Shown: positions 9,850 to 19,674, counted from the first letter of the stretch. The stretch is DNA of 64,000 nt from Patescibacteria group bacterium (GCA_048499955.1 JASNYX010000002.1:4513-68512); one strand, 5' to 3'. Program-made: numbers and translations. Notes: a model not told the origin generated them from the sequence alone.

Positions 9850-10830
9850 TTATTTTGCAAGCTCGCTTCTCAATCCATTTCGACCTAAGTTTAGCCAATA
9901 CTCGGTTTCTTGAGTAGCATTCCCATTAACAAATTTTTCTTGATGTGCACCCATAAATTCCATGGCGACCCCTGCTAATGCATATGCGTATAAATGCTGC
10001 ACTTCTTCGACCTCAAGTGGATTAAATTTGCCGTATTCCGCGACAGCAAGCTCTGTTCTATCTCGAAGCGAGATTGAGTCAGCTCCTACATACAAAAGAT
10101 TAGCGGCGATAACTGCAAGCTCTTGTATTCGTGGATACCAATTAGCAACAGAAAAATCTAAAATATAAATTTTGCCATCTGTTCCTTTCATGACATTGGC
10201 CTTCGTAAAATCTCCGTGAACAAAAGCATGTGGCAAGCTAGCTACTGGAATTTCTTTGAACTTGGCTATAGTTTGTTCAACAAGATTCAAATCATCAGGT
10301 TTAATAAACTGCTTAACTCTATGAAACATTCTTTCAATATTTGGGATTGCCCAGGAATCAAAAAGGTACGGAGGGTGATAATCGATGCCATTTATCTTTA
10401 CTGCTTGTTCAATAACCGATTGAAACTCTTCCGAATTTGGAGCCCGATCAAGATCAAAAAAAGTTTGGCCATCAATGAACTTCATTAGCACCATAGAAAT
10501 TCCATTAGATTCTCCATATGAATAAGTTATCTCACCTCCGCTAGTTTTTATTAATGGTGGATGATTTACACCAGCCTCTACTGCCTTTCCCATTATTGTG
10601 GTGTAACGCTCAATCCCTATTTGACTTCTCTCTTTAGAGAAAATCTTCGCAACATACCTCTCGCTAGCAGTATCAATAATGACATTACAATCCTCATATC
10701 CAATCCCTATTACAGAAAATTTTATAGGATGCCCAATCTCATAAGCACTAGCAAGACTGCTAATGACCATATCTAACTCACCGGAATAATTGATTCGATC
10801 TAGCGGGGTTTGTTTTTCTGAGCCATCCAT
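9850..10830 (-). CDS. APH/choline-kinase-family phosphotransferase (type II homoserine-kinase-like)
   Basis: GYEDCN, VAKIF (catalytic Lys), HGDFTKANV (Brenner motif), ILDF. Confidence 0.82.
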   Translation of the reverse strand: MDGSEKQTPLDRINYSGELDMVISSLASAYEIGHPIKFSVIGIGYEDCNVIIDTASERYVAKIFSKERSQIGIERYTTIMGKAVEAGVNHPPLIKTSGGEITYSYGESNGISMVLMKFIDGQTFFDLDRAPNSEEFQSVIEQAVKINGIDYHPPYLFDSWAIPNIERMFHRVKQFIKPDDLNLVEQTIAKFKEIPVASLPHAFVHGDFTKANVMKGTDGKIYILDFSVANWYPRIQELAVIAANLLYVGADSISLRDRTELAVAEYGKFNPLEVEEVQHLYAYALAGVAMEFMGAHQEKFVNGNATQETEYWLNLGRNGLRSELAK

Positions 10831-10876
10831 CGCTATTGTAATAACATAAATTGAAACTTCTTAGATAAATCAAATC

Positions 10877-10953
10877 TGGTGGACCTGAGGGGATTCGAAC
10901 CCCTTACCTCTTCCATGCCATGGAAGCGCTCTAACCAAGTGAGCTACAGGCCC
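10877..10953 (-). tRNA. tRNA-Ala(GGC)
   Basis: Reverse complement GGGCCTGTAGCTCACTTGGTTAGAGCG CTTCC AT GGC AT GGAAG AGGT AAGGGGTTCGAATCCCCTCAGGTCCACCA; G3:U70 alanine identity pair. Upstream TGGTATAAT extended -10. Confidence 0.95.
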
Positions 10954-11087
10954 AAGAATGAGCTACTGACCTATAAAACAAGTGAAATTATACCAAAGAC
11001 ACCAACGCTTCTACCCCACAGCATATCAACACTACAACCAACTACCTATAACCCCTTGAATGGCCACTGGCAGCTCTTAGAATGCAA

Positions 11088-11279
11088 TTAAAACTGTCCA
11101 AAAAGCATATCTCCTAAAACCACAGCCATGATTATAATAATCACGATTACGGCTAAAGGGATCGCAAATATCGGATTGGTCTTTAGTTGATCCAATAAAT
11201 ATTTTAGTTCCCAACCCGGTTTTTCGGGTGTGTTATTTTGAGTATTATTACTCTGCGTATTTGCAGTATTATCCGACAT
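11088..11279 (-). CDS. Small hypothetical membrane protein
   Basis: 63 aa, N/T/Q-rich N-terminus and one TM helix, directly downstream of ileS. Confidence 0.6.
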   Translation of the reverse strand: MSDNTANTQSNNTQNNTPEKPGWELKYLLDQLKTNPIFAIPLAVIVIIIIMAVVLGDMLFGQF

Positions 11280-11305
11280 ATTTTTAATTAACTAAGTAAA
11301 CTAGC

Positions 11306-14173
11306 TTAATTAAGTTTAAATGAATCTCCGGGAACCAGTTCGGAGGTGTAAGTCTTTTTTCTGATTTCTGCACTATATTTTTCAACGGCTTTAGAAAACT
11401 TCGGCTCGTTAGGATATTGGATTTTAACTTCATGGTTCCATTCGACTCCGGATTCTTTGCGAAGTTTTTGGATTTCTCTGACTAATTCTCTCATGTTGCC
11501 TTCTATTTCAAGTTCTTCACTAACTTCAAGACTTAGAGCTACTGTTACAGAGTTATCGGTTTTTACACTCCAAATGTCGTTAAGTTTAGATTCCTCAAAA
11601 CCAAAAACATTCCTTACGTTTAACTCGTCTTTAACTACCTCAAGAACCTCTGAAGAAAGCTTACTTAATACATCTTCTGAAACCATCAAATTCAGCAAAG
11701 GTTGCCTAACAGGTATATTTTTTTCTTTTCGGATCGAACTGCCCACGGAACAGATTCTGCGTACCAGAACCATTTCCTCATGTAAGGCTTGACCACCTGC
11801 AATTAAATCCTCACTGTATTCAGGATACATATGCAAGTGAATCGACTCTAAATCGTTATCATCCTTTAAATGTTGATAAATCGTCTCAGAGATAAATGGC
11901 ACTAGTGGTGCAGCAGCCTTCGAAAACATCATTAAAACATCATAGAGAGTAGAAAGAGCTTCTTGATCTCCTGAATTTATGCGGTCTCTTGATCTTCTGA
12001 CATACCAATTTGAAAGATCATCAACAAAGGTTTCTACCGGCTCGACCACCTTGGGAACGTTGTATTTTTCGATATTTACTGCAAATGCCTTCACCACCTC
12101 ATGAGCTCTCATGAGTATCCATTTGTCTAACACATTTTTGCTATCAATCTTTTTAGCCGGATCCCATTCATTCAGGTTGGCATAAATGATGAAAAATTTA
12201 GCTGAGTTCCAAAGCGGATTTAATACATTCTTGGATTTATTTCGTAGTTCTGTTTCATCAAAGTTAGCATTATTGCCCACCATTAATGGGGAACCCATTA
12301 AATATAGCCTAAGTGCATCTCCACCTATTTTTTGAAGTATATCTTTGGGGTCAGTATAATTGCCGTAGGTTTTACTCATCTTACGACCGTCATTTCCTGA
12401 AATTACACCGGTAGAAATAACATTATTGAAAGCAGCAGAACCAAATAATGCTGTAGAAAGCACATGCATAACATAAAACCAGGCTCTTACCTGCCCGATA
12501 TACTCCACAATATAATCACCGGGGTAATTTTTCTGGAATTTTTCTTTATTCTCAAACGGATAATGTATCTGAGCATAAGGCATCGAACCTGCTTCAAACC
12601 ATGAATCTAAGACTTCAGGTCTACGGCGATATTCTTTTCCTTCTTTTTTGATAACAATTTCATCGATATAAGGTCTATGTAAATCTTTGACTTTCTGACC
12701 TGATAACTCTTCAATCTCATTTATAGATGAAACAACAATGCGATCCCCATCTTCAGATTCCCAAACCGGCATAGGGGTAGCCCAAAACCTCGTTCGTGAA
12801 ACGCACCAGTCAGGCGCCTGCTCGATCCCTTTTTTGAACCTGCCTTCTTTTACATGTTCAGGCATCCAATTAATTTCTTCATTATTTGCGTAAAGCTGAG
12901 GTTTTAGTTCAGATACTCTTAAAAACCATGAAGTTTGAGCTCTTTGAATTAGAGGAGTATTACACCGGTCGTGATAGGGGAATCTATGCAAAATTCTCTC
13001 ATTTTTGAATAATAGACCTCTTGTTTCAAGGTCTTCTAAAATGTACTTATCGGCTTTTTTATAAAACATTCCGGAAAAAGGATTTTCTCCATTGTTACCT
13101 GCAATAAATTTGCCTTCATCATCAACCGTAAGCATCAACGTTAATCCATAATGATTTCCCATCTCAGTATCGACTTCTCCAAAACCCGGAGCAGAGTGTA
13201 CGATTCCCGTTCCTTCTTCCATCGTAGCCATGTTATTGTATGAATACACCTGAAACTCACCGTCTTTATGAGCATAAAAGGTATATATTGGCTCATACTT
13301 CAAACCTAGTAAATCTTTACCCGTAAATTCAGCCAAAACGTTATGATCTTTACCAGAAAACACAAAATCAATCCTGGCAGTACCGACTACATATTTTTCT
13401 GATTCTGATTCGACGAGAGAATACTTTTCCTCTTCATTTACTACTAGTGCCCGATTAGATGGCAATGTCCATGGAGTAGTGGTCCACGCTAAGATGAAAG
13501 CATCCTTAAACTTACCGTCTGACGTGACTTTAAATTTAACAGTGACAGCAGGGTCTTCAACTTCTTTGTAAGAGTTATCCATGGCAATCTCAAAGTTTGA
13601 AACCGGGGTTCCACAGGTTGTGCAATATAAAGAAGTTCTGGTTCCTTCATAAATCAAATCTTTGTCATACAAAGATTTAAATGCCCACATAACTGATTCC
13701 ATATACGATTGATCTGTCGTTTTATAAGAGTTATCCATGTCAACCCATCGTCCGATTCTGTCGATATACCATTTCCATTCTGCTGAGATCCTCGAAGTGT
13801 ATTCATAGCAAGCTTCCGTAAATTTTTCGAGACCGAATGTTTCGATATCACGTCTATTTGGAATACCAAGTTCCTTTTGAACTTTATTCTCTACGGTTAA
13901 GCCATGAGCATCCCATCCCCATACACGTTCAACTCTTTTGCCTTTCATCGTCCAATACCTGGGAATCAGATCTTTAGCGATTGACCCAAGTAAATGTCCA
14001 TAGTGCGGTAATCCGGAAATAAACGGGGGGCCATCGTAAAAAACATACAGATTATCTTGAGATCTTTGTTTGACGGATTTCTCAAAAATACGCTTATCGT
14101 TCCAGAAAGATAATACTTCTGACTCAAAATCCGGAATATTCTGTTCCTTTGGATTCTTAAATTTTTGGCTCAT
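11306..14173 (-). CDS. ileS: Isoleucine--tRNA ligase, type 2 (archaeal/eukaryal-like)
   Basis: DGPPF..GLPHYGH, WTTTPWTLPSN, GTGIVHSAPGFG, WCVSRTRFW, KMSKT, SNWYVRRSR. No C-terminal zinc finger. Start at ATG 14173, since the longer ORF runs into the T-box terminator. Confidence 0.96.
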   Translation of the reverse strand: MSQKFKNPKEQNIPDFESEVLSFWNDKRIFEKSVKQRSQDNLYVFYDGPPFISGLPHYGHLLGSIAKDLIPRYWTMKGKRVERVWGWDAHGLTVENKVQKELGIPNRRDIETFGLEKFTEACYEYTSRISAEWKWYIDRIGRWVDMDNSYKTTDQSYMESVMWAFKSLYDKDLIYEGTRTSLYCTTCGTPVSNFEIAMDNSYKEVEDPAVTVKFKVTSDGKFKDAFILAWTTTPWTLPSNRALVVNEEEKYSLVESESEKYVVGTARIDFVFSGKDHNVLAEFTGKDLLGLKYEPIYTFYAHKDGEFQVYSYNNMATMEEGTGIVHSAPGFGEVDTEMGNHYGLTLMLTVDDEGKFIAGNNGENPFSGMFYKKADKYILEDLETRGLLFKNERILHRFPYHDRCNTPLIQRAQTSWFLRVSELKPQLYANNEEINWMPEHVKEGRFKKGIEQAPDWCVSRTRFWATPMPVWESEDGDRIVVSSINEIEELSGQKVKDLHRPYIDEIVIKKEGKEYRRRPEVLDSWFEAGSMPYAQIHYPFENKEKFQKNYPGDYIVEYIGQVRAWFYVMHVLSTALFGSAAFNNVISTGVISGNDGRKMSKTYGNYTDPKDILQKIGGDALRLYLMGSPLMVGNNANFDETELRNKSKNVLNPLWNSAKFFIIYANLNEWDPAKKIDSKNVLDKWILMRAHEVVKAFAVNIEKYNVPKVVEPVETFVDDLSNWYVRRSRDRINSGDQEALSTLYDVLMMFSKAAAPLVPFISETIYQHLKDDNDLESIHLHMYPEYSEDLIAGGQALHEEMVLVRRICSVGSSIRKEKNIPVRQPLLNLMVSEDVLSKLSSEVLEVVKDELNVRNVFGFEESKLNDIWSVKTDNSVTVALSLEVSEELEIEGNMRELVREIQKLRKESGVEWNHEVKIQYPNEPKFSKAVEKYSAEIRKKTYTSELVPGDSFKLN

Positions 14174-14213
14174 GATAAATAATAAATTAAATAACCGGTA
14201 CTCTAGACAATAG

Positions 14214-14406
14214 ACAATAAAAAAAGCCCTTGTTTTCCCACCAGAATAAACTGATGAAAACACAAGGGCCTTGAGTTCAAGACGGTACCACCTTGGATTC
14301 TACTCATTACGGCTATAACGGGCCTGACCGAAAGGTTCTACCCCCTAAATGGGATCTTCCTTTAACGTGAAGCTGAGCTTCTTGCGGTTGATTTCCGCTC
14401 TACGCA
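14214..14406 (-). promoter_or_regulatory. T-box riboswitch (Ile specifier AUC) with intrinsic terminator
   Basis: Minus strand: short Stem I GCGG-AAAUCAA-CCGC; Stem II AAAGG AAGA UCCC..GGGG GUAGAA CCUUU; IIA/B CGG UCAGGC CCG UUAUA GCC; antiterminator CAAGG-UGGUACC-GUC..GGC-CCUUG; terminator GCCCUUG..CAAGGGC-U7. TATAAT at 14415-14420. Confidence 0.92.
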
Positions 14407-14493
14407 TTAAGACTATTATATAGCAAGTTCAAACGGTTGAGAATCATTAATATCGGTTTATAGAGATGTGTGTATATGCTTTAATTGTTATTA

Positions 14494-15738
14494 ATGTTTC
14501 ATTTTTCAACACATCCTAAACATTTTAGCCTCTTCCATCTGAGTTTTAGTTCAGGATTCAAAAACTCTCTACCGCTATATATGACCAACACTCTTAGGTC
14601 ATTTTCAATTTCTCTGATAGGTCTATTCATACCAATATATATATTTCAAATAGCAGAGAAGTTCCCTACGATCACTGAGAACTCAGTAATTAACAGCATA
14701 TTTTATGTCCTGCTTTTTTATCTAATCAGATCAGCAGCAACCATCGGTTTTATGCCTAGGGTAGTAAACGTTATCTTTGGTTATTTGAAATTTAATGGGT
14801 CGATTATGATTGCAAATGTATTACTAGGAATCGCTATTTACTTGCTGATTCTGGCGGAAACACACATTTGGGCACTGGTCTTTGCCCCAATACTTTTAGC
14901 ACTTAACACAACGCTTTACTGGATACCATTTCATACTTACTTTGTTAGAAACTTTAAGTCAGCTACGGGCCATTTCGGAACGAATACAGGTATTAGACTA
15001 TTTCTGGCAGGCATCGCGACTGCTGCAGGTCCGGCATTGGGAGGAATCGTAGTTAAAAATTTTGGTTTTCAGTCACTCTTTTGGCTTGGAATTGTCGCAC
15101 TCATATTATCGGGATTTCCTATACTTTTTGGACTTCCGGAGCATAACCACGGGAAGCACAATGTTATGCAAATTGTGAAGAAATATTTCTTTGATGCAAA
15201 ACACAAATACAACACCATCGCACAAATGTGTATGGGTATTGACGGTGAACTTTACGCTATCTTCTCTCCGCTATTGTTATTTCTTATTTCATCGGACATC
15301 ACAAACGTTGGTTATATAACATCAATCTCAGTTTCACTCGCAGCAGTATTCACACTAGTTGTCGGGAAAGTCGTAGACAAACAAGGGCCAAAGAAAATCC
15401 ACAAAGTCGGATTGATTTTTAATTCATTTTTCTATCTACCGCGTGTTTTCTTAAATCAAAGCTGGTTACTTTATCTGATTGACGTATTCGACAAAATAAA
15501 CGGATCATTCTTAGCAGTACCACTACTTGCAGCCACATACGAGAGAGCAAAAACCAATGAAAACGAATCCGATTTCATGATTTATCGCGAGTTTATGATC
15601 CATCTTGGAATATGTCTGGCGATAGTGCTACTTATGTTTATTATTCTATTAACAGCAAATTGGAGGCTAGTGTTCCTTTTATTAGCGATTGTTTCACCGT
15701 TAACATATCTTGTGAATGTTAAAAATAGTAAGCAGTAA
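14494..15738 (+). CDS. MFS transporter
   Basis: About 12 TM segments, AAGPALGG, VGKVVDKQGPK (MFS motif A-like). Confidence 0.85.
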   Translation: MFHFSTHPKHFSLFHLSFSSGFKNSLPLYMTNTLRSFSISLIGLFIPIYIFQIAEKFPTITENSVINSIFYVLLFYLIRSAATIGFMPRVVNVIFGYLKFNGSIMIANVLLGIAIYLLILAETHIWALVFAPILLALNTTLYWIPFHTYFVRNFKSATGHFGTNTGIRLFLAGIATAAGPALGGIVVKNFGFQSLFWLGIVALILSGFPILFGLPEHNHGKHNVMQIVKKYFFDAKHKYNTIAQMCMGIDGELYAIFSPLLLFLISSDITNVGYITSISVSLAAVFTLVVGKVVDKQGPKKIHKVGLIFNSFFYLPRVFLNQSWLLYLIDVFDKINGSFLAVPLLAATYERAKTNENESDFMIYREFMIHLGICLAIVLLMFIILLTANWRLVFLLLAIVSPLTYLVNVKNSKQ

Positions 15739-15741
15739 TGA

Positions 15742-15939
15742 TTAAAAATTTTCTAATATGTTGAGGTTACGGCAAGGAAGAATTTTTTCCGGCCATCTTT
15801 GTTCGGTTCGGAAAGTATAATAGGGATCAAAACAAAAAGCCGCCTTATATACCAAATATACGACGGCCACCAGAGTTACAAATATAATAAGTCCAAATAA
15901 AACTATTTCCTTAAACAGTGGGCTTTTTTTAGAAGTCAT
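15742..15939 (-). CDS. Small hypothetical membrane protein
   Basis: 65 aa, one TM helix and two Cys, directly downstream of ftsZ. Confidence 0.55.
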   Translation of the reverse strand: MTSKKSPLFKEIVLFGLIIFVTLVAVVYLVYKAAFCFDPYYTFRTEQRWPEKILPCRNLNILENF

Positions 15940-15959
15940 CGAAAATTACAACTACGTGC

Positions 15960-17414
15960 CTATTTCTCACTGGTTTTCTTTAAAAACTGCCCAAGCCAAC
16001 TGGAATTAAGAGCTTCTTTCTTTTTACGTGCTTCACTTCTTTCCTGTTCTTTACGCTTTCGCTCATCTTCTTCAGAATCATCCGCTTGCACAGACTCAGT
16101 TTTTGTTTCAGATGCCGAACTACCACCGGAAGACATTTTCCCGAAGAAACCTCCGAATGTAGCCCCTGCCGACGGTTTTTCTTCTTCATCTTCAATCTGA
16201 TTGTAAGTTGCCGGCTCTGCATCTCTTGATTCAACCGGCTTTTCGATTTCTTCCATTTTTCTTAATTCGGCCTGCATCTGTTCGTAATTAAAACTTCCAT
16301 ATTCTTCGGTACCTTCTCTATCTTCAATCAAACGCTCATCAAATACCTTGCTTTGCTGTTGGCTATCCTCCTGAATCGTATCGTATCTTGAATCTATCTG
16401 ATCTATAACATCTTCATTTTTTATAGTTGGTGCTTCTAAAGGAAGTGCTGACGGCTTAAAATCGGAATCGAAGCCGGTCGCAATAACAGTAACCTTTACT
16501 CCTTGTATTTCGTTATTAATATTAGCTCCAAAAATGATATTAGCGTTATCATTTGCAGAAGCTGAAATTAAGGAAGCGGCAGCATTAACTTCATACATTG
16601 ATAGTGAATCATCTCCGACAATATTAATAAGTAGTCCTGTGTAGCCTTTAATATCAGTATCAAGAAGTGGTGAGTTGATGGCACCTCTAGCAGCTTTCTC
16701 TGCCCTATTCTCTCCCTCGGCAAACCCTATTCCCATCAAGGCTGATCCGGCATTGTGCATAATGGATTTCACATCGGCAAAATCAACATTAACTAGACCG
16801 GCTGAGTTAATAAGATCAGAAATACCTTCAACGGCTTGTCCAACAACCTGATCTACAATCTTAAACGCATCTCTTAAAGGCATTGAGTCATCAACAACAT
16901 CAAGTATCTTTTGATTTGGAATTACAATCAATGCATCAAGCTTATCCTTAAGTTCTCTTACTCCCTGATCTGCCTGATTCATCCTTCTTTTACCTTCAAA
17001 ATCGAAAGGTTTTGTTACAACTCCAACAGTTAGTGCACCAAGTTCCTTAGCGGCTTTGGCGATAACAGGAGCAGCACCGGTACCGGTTCCGCCACCTAGT
17101 CCGGCAGCAATAAACACCATATCGGCACCTTGTAAATGTGTTTTTACTTCTTCAAGTGATTCTGTTGCTGATTCAAATCCTATCTGAGGATCAGACCCGG
17201 AACCGAGTCCGTGTGTCCTTTCAGGTCCAAGTTGTAGTCTTATTTGAGCTTTCGAGTTATTCAAAACCTGCAGATCGGTATTCATGGAAATGAATTCCAC
17301 ACCATCGATCTGGTTATACTCGATCATGGAATCAACAGCGTTTTGACCGCCTCCTCCTACTCCGACTACTTTGATTTTTGCAAGATTTGTTGATTTGGGT
17401 GCAATGTAAGCCAT
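15960..17414 (-). CDS. ftsZ: Cell division protein FtsZ
   Basis: VVGVGGGGQNAV, GLGGGTGTGAAPV (tubulin signature), NVDFADV. Long acidic C-terminal tail. Confidence 0.97.
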   Translation of the reverse strand: MAYIAPKSTNLAKIKVVGVGGGGQNAVDSMIEYNQIDGVEFISMNTDLQVLNNSKAQIRLQLGPERTHGLGSGSDPQIGFESATESLEEVKTHLQGADMVFIAAGLGGGTGTGAAPVIAKAAKELGALTVGVVTKPFDFEGKRRMNQADQGVRELKDKLDALIVIPNQKILDVVDDSMPLRDAFKIVDQVVGQAVEGISDLINSAGLVNVDFADVKSIMHNAGSALMGIGFAEGENRAEKAARGAINSPLLDTDIKGYTGLLINIVGDDSLSMYEVNAAASLISASANDNANIIFGANINNEIQGVKVTVIATGFDSDFKPSALPLEAPTIKNEDVIDQIDSRYDTIQEDSQQQSKVFDERLIEDREGTEEYGSFNYEQMQAELRKMEEIEKPVESRDAEPATYNQIEDEEEKPSAGATFGGFFGKMSSGGSSASETKTESVQADDSEEDERKRKEQERSEARKKKEALNSSWLGQFLKKTSEK

Positions 17415-17432
17415 AATGCCTTCATTTTAGCC

Positions 17433-18701
17433 TCAAGGCAGAAAAGATCTAATGAAGCTAACAAATTTATTTCCAACTTTGCCAATATTAGCATTTTTCT
17501 TTGTATATGTCCTCGATTCCTCATGCATACCCGATGCTAAAATTTGTAACACACCGATAACCGCAGAATGTGACGGCTCCTGAATCTGATCGGCTAGCCC
17601 GACTATTCCTGTAGGTCTAGCGACTCTAACCGGAAGTTTAAATATATCTTCAGCAATTTTCTCTACTCCTTTAGTTAAAGATGTTCCTCCGGTGAGCACA
17701 ACTCCGGCCGGAAGTTTTTCAGCAAACCCTGACTTCTTGATATATAGTTTTACAAACTTAAATGCTTCTTCCATTCTTCTATTGATAATATCGTTTAGTA
17801 AGTTTACCGGAACGGTTTCCATACCAATATTCAGATCACCAACATACATCTCACCTTTCGGAACTTTAGATTCGTATCCACCTTTATTAAATCACAATAC
17901 CAGGATCAGAATCAAAATCAGAACTGTCTTAAGTTTAACTTTTCGGCATCTTCAAGAAGAGCCTCAAAATCCGATAGCCAAATCATTCGTAATATCTTGC
18001 CCGCCGATTGGTAGAACAGCTGAGTAAATGGGGCGTCCTGAATTATAAATTATTAAATCCATAGTTCCGCCGCCAATATCTATGAGTATTGTCCCTAACT
18101 CTTTCTCCGTATCCGTTAGAACGGATTCTGCAGAGGCGTATCCGTTGTAAACCAACTGGTCAACTTCAACTCCAACCTGTTTTATACATTTGGTTAAGTT
18201 CTTAATTGCTGTAGCACTACCATGTATGATGTTTGCTTCAACTTCTAACCTCACGCCGGTCATACCGGTCGGATCCGAGATTCCTTTTTGCTTATCCACA
18301 ACATACTCTCTCGGAAGAACATGAACTATTTCCCTTGAAGAAGGTAAAGACGTAGCTTGAGCGGCTTCATTAACTCGGATAATATCGTCAACCGTGATTT
18401 CAGAATCAATTCCTGAAACAGCTACCACACCTCGTGAATTGAAGGATTCAATATGAGTCCCACTAATCGTAACGGCAACTCTTGAAATAGGATGCCCGGA
18501 CATCATTTCCGTCTTATTTAACACTTCTGAAATGGCTCCGACTGCCTTATCAATATTGTTTACTACACCATCTTTAATCCCTTGAGATTTAACGTTGTGA
18601 GCACCGATTACTGAAACCCGTCCCTTTTCTACTCCAGCAACTACGCATGAAATTTTAGAAGAACCTACATCTAGAGCTACTATGAAATGATCTTTTGGCA
18701 T
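17433..18701 (-). CDS. ftsA: Cell division protein FtsA, interrupted by clustered indels at about 17885-17970 (probably sequence error)
   Basis: ALDVGSSK, IDIGGGT, GGQDITNDLA in the 5' part; VVLTGG and C-terminal amphipathic KFVSFIRSFLP in the 3' part. The conserved LEDAEK lies in a shifted frame between them. Confidence 0.9.
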
Positions 18702-18876
18702 GTTTATATGTAATTCAAAACAAAGCAGCTTCCCCTACTTATAATGATATAAACCATTATTTACAAATACTATCGGCAGGAGTAGCTGTCCGATGCGAAA
18801 TCTCTGCAATCAGTTAACCAATACCGGTTTAGACGACGAGATATTTCGCTCCAGAACAATTATGACACAACGAGAT

Positions 18877-19674
18877 TCATTCAGCATATTTAATTAATGG
18901 CTTCGAAAACCTTAAATCTATAGTATCGATGTCTTTATTTTCAATCGTATACTTTTGCATAATTTTTTGCAATATTTTGGAAACTTCTTCGTAATTACTG
19001 ATAGATTTATCTTTGGGCAACAACACTTTACCCCCTTCTGCTAAATCAACAGAGATTTCTCCACCGGAAACGTTAATAATTGTTTTACCTGAAACATATG
19101 CGAATGAAGCTATTAAGTTACGGTCTGATATATTTTGCCCTAGCTCAAGATTCTGATCATATTTAACCTGTATTTCATACCCCAAATAGGCCCCTACGGT
19201 GTCCATCACGAAATATTCATCATCCAAAATAAATGTTCCATTCGGAGCTTGGATTATGTATGCCGCATTTCTTTTTTCCAAAACAACATTTAACATTCCA
19301 GGCCATATTTTTTCTGTACTGACCAGCTTGTAATCAGGAAAAGTGCCAACTACTAAATCCGACAAACTTTCCTTATCAACATAAAAAATCTTTACATCCT
19401 TCACATGCTCATTAAATGTATTCGACAAACCAATTAACTCATCACCACTAGCCCCTGAAATTGATATTTCCCTAATATTAAAAAAAGTGCTTATAAAAAT
19501 GAAATAATAGAGAATTACAAATATAGAAAAAAAACATATTAAACCAATAAATCTTGGATTAATTCTGCGGCGTGGTGAATGAACGTATTTATTCCGGCTC
19601 ACTGAATCTGGTACTCTTCGAGTCCTCCTACTTGTAACTGTTGATGCTCTGGTATTCCCGGGTGAAAAAAACAT
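18877..19674 (-). CDS. ftsQ: FtsQ/DivIB-like cell division protein
   Basis: Basic N-terminus, one TM, POTRA-like FNIREISISG, KIWPGMLNVVLEKR, C-terminal IDLRF. Lies between murG and ftsA. Confidence 0.8.
   Translation of the reverse strand: MFFSPGNTRASTVTSRRTRRVPDSVSRNKYVHSPRRRINPRFIGLICFFSIFVILYYFIFISTFFNIREISISGASGDELIGLSNTFNEHVKDVKIFYVDKESLSDLVVGTFPDYKLVSTEKIWPGMLNVVLEKRNAAYIIQAPNGTFILDDEYFVMDTVGAYLGYEIQVKYDQNLELGQNISDRNLIASFAYVSGKTIINVSGGEISVDLAEGGKVLLPKDKSISNYEEVSKILQKIMQKYTIENKDIDTIDLRFSKPLIKYAE

Noticed and set aside
11020-11055. C/A-rich heptamer-like repeats (ctacaac..., also tagacaa x2 near 14204-14217)
   Set aside because: Short, degenerate and low-complexity, with no spacer structure or inferable function.
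10879-11091. 70-aa ORF on the plus strand
   Set aside because: It is the antisense reading of tRNA-Ala, a known spurious ORF type.
13995-14010. Mupirocin hyper-resistant IleRS2 motif
   Set aside because: The signature is canonical HYGH, not the swapped GxHH form. Type-2 IleRS here appears to be the housekeeping copy.
14174-14263. N-terminal extension of IleRS in the ORF track
   Set aside because: It overlaps the T-box terminator. ATG 14173 gives a normal N-terminus.
17880-17970. UGA recoding (genetic code 25/4) suggested by three in-frame TGA in ftsA
   Set aside because: The conserved LEDAEK lies in a different frame, many genes here end at TGA (including ATGA overlaps), and no other conserved gene has an internal TGA.
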